Of a stretch of DNA of 34,903 bases, positions 33,818-34,903 are shown piece after piece; position 1 is the stretch's first letter; the number at the start of each line of letters is the position of its first letter. Both the position numbers and the translations under genes were made by a program. Origin of the DNA: an uncultured Candidatus Saccharibacteria bacterium (GTDB lineage: Bacteria; Patescibacteriota; Saccharimonadia; Saccharimonadales; Saccharimonadaceae); NCBI GenBank assembly GCA_964629705.1, contig CAZVTE010000001.1:1-34903 (forward strand), given 5' to 3'. Below the pieces are notes generated by a model, which did no database searches, was not told the origin of the DNA, and was given only the letters and a program-made list of their open reading frames with translations.

Positions 33818-34723
33818 ATGCCATACAGAATTGAAAAATATATCAAAAACAACGATTTGCCAATCTGCTCACAGCTAATTAGATACTTTGATTATTGTCA
33901 ATTTGATTGCAACTTCACGAAAGACACAATGCGAGGAAAAACCTTATCTATTAACCATTTCGTTAAATGGTCAGAAATCGAAGATATTAACAATTTAACG
34001 ACTCGAATGGTACTGGACTATATAACCAATCAAGTTAAAGATGGTTTGATGCCTAGAACCATTAATAACCGCACTAAGCATCTTAAGGCGATGGTTAACT
34101 ATTTCAGAGATTATGAAGATATGGATATTCCTAACTTTCAAGAACGAAAGATTAAAAGACAGCATGAAGAAACGCCTTACAAGCGTGCGTTTTCAAGGGA
34201 AGCGGTATGCAAGGCGCTGCATTTTGCCGACCGTGAACCTTGGCTAATGATTAAGCTTTGCTTTGATTGTGGGCTAAGAATTCAAGAGCTTCAAAAGCTG
34301 AGATTAAGAGATATTCATGGGGACAAAGTCTCAATCCTCGGAAAGGGCAGAAAAAGGCGTCAAATCAATTTGTCCCACGAAGTCATTGTGAGATTAAATG
34401 ATTTCATTAAAAGGGAAAATGTAACCGATTACGTCTGGAAAAGCAAAACTAAACCAAACGTTCCAAAAACCACCGAGACAATCAGAAACATGATGCGCGC
34501 CCCATTCCAGTCCGCGGGCGTAGCAAATTTCTGTCCACATGAATTAAGATACTCATTCGCAACGGATTTGAAAAGACTCGGCGCATCAACTAGAAGTATT
34601 CAGCAAGGCTTAGGGCATTCATCAGAAAAGATCACAGAACACTACCTAAAAGACCTCGATGACGAAACCCTCAACGAATTGTACAAGCTCAAATATTCTG
34701 CTGACGAGCCAGAACTGTACTAA
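33818..34723 (+). CDS. int: Tyrosine recombinase/integrase
   Basis: CGLRIQE, GKGRKRR, HELRYSF, LGHSS, TEHY catalytic set; GGAGGAG RBS before ATG 33818. Confidence 0.95.
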   Translation: MPYRIEKYIKNNDLPICSQLIRYFDYCQFDCNFTKDTMRGKTLSINHFVKWSEIEDINNLTTRMVLDYITNQVKDGLMPRTINNRTKHLKAMVNYFRDYEDMDIPNFQERKIKRQHEETPYKRAFSREAVCKALHFADREPWLMIKLCFDCGLRIQELQKLRLRDIHGDKVSILGKGRKRRQINLSHEVIVRLNDFIKRENVTDYVWKSKTKPNVPKTTETIRNMMRAPFQSAGVANFCPHELRYSFATDLKRLGASTRSIQQGLGHSSEKITEHYLKDLDDETLNELYKLKYSADEPELY

Positions 34724-34728
34724 AAAGC

Positions 34729-34758
34729 TTGCCCCAGATTTAGCTCTGGGGCAAAAAA
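34729..34758. terminator. Terminator-like hairpin after the integrase
   Basis: TTGCCCCAGA...TCTGGGGCAA followed by an A tract. Confidence 0.7.
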
Positions 34759-34773
34759 TAAACAAAAATGTTA

Positions 34774-34802
34774 TTGACAGCGGGAAGAAAATTTGCTAAA
34801 AT
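34774..34802 (+). promoter_or_regulatory. Strong promoter TTGACA-17-(TG)TAAAAT firing across the terminal repeat
   Basis: Near-consensus with an A-rich UP region. Confidence 0.85.
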
Positions 34803-34884
34803 AGAAATATCAGCGAAACCACGGTTTGCAGAGATGGTTATTTAAGATAGTTGCATTATATGGTGCGCATCTGATTCTTACAGA

Positions 34885-34903
34885 CACCACACGGGTGTCT
34901 TAA
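34885..34903. repeat. Right terminal direct repeat (putative att core)
   Basis: Identical to 1-19; lies in the dyad AGACAC-CACACGG-GTGTCT. Confidence 0.9.

Larger units (their letters stand above)
1..34903. mobile_element. Complete temperate siphovirus-like phage or prophage genome
   Basis: Terminase, portal, capsid, tail, tape measure, endolysin and tyrosine recombinase between terminal direct repeats. Confidence 0.93.

Noticed and set aside
34861-34870. TGGTGCGC as a minus-strand tRNA 3' end at att
   Set aside because: No T arm or cloverleaf adjoins it; it pairs instead with 28-36 across the junction
1-34903. Alternative genetic code or suppressor tRNA
   Set aside because: Long genes are intact in the standard code, TAA/TAG/TGA all end genes, and no CTA, TTA or TCA anticodon was found

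Overview
The window looks like one complete ~34.9 kb temperate siphovirus-type phage or prophage. It is bounded by a 19-bp direct repeat (1-19 = 34885-34903) and reads in the standard genetic code. Left to right it holds: a highly structured non-coding leader; a recombination module (RecE-like nuclease, Sak/Rad52-like annealase); four atypical tRNA genes within a field of hairpins; small early genes (YopX, HAD phosphatase, VRR-NUC); terminases; a protease-capsid fusion; connectors and fibres; a tail module interrupted by an antisense membrane-protein cassette; a displaced portal fused to gpF and Zn-ribbon domains; a CHAP endolysin; an ImmA/IrrE-plus-membrane-protein pair; a putative initiator with iteron-like repeats; and a tyrosine recombinase. 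I found no CI-like repressor, polymerase, helicase or reverse transcriptase. The most striking signal is a candidate RNA-based switch. A ~50-nt terminated RNA (33213-33263) is perfectly complementary over 24 nt to a hairpin at 64-96, and there is a second 9-nt loop match (33356-33364 vs 35-43). The target leader is joined to its promoter (34774) only across the terminal-repeat junction. A second strong signal is six late-type promoters sharing GCTGTCCTTA in an exact 18-bp spacer. Product calls come from motif recognition only; no database search was run and the host cannot be established from sequence alone.
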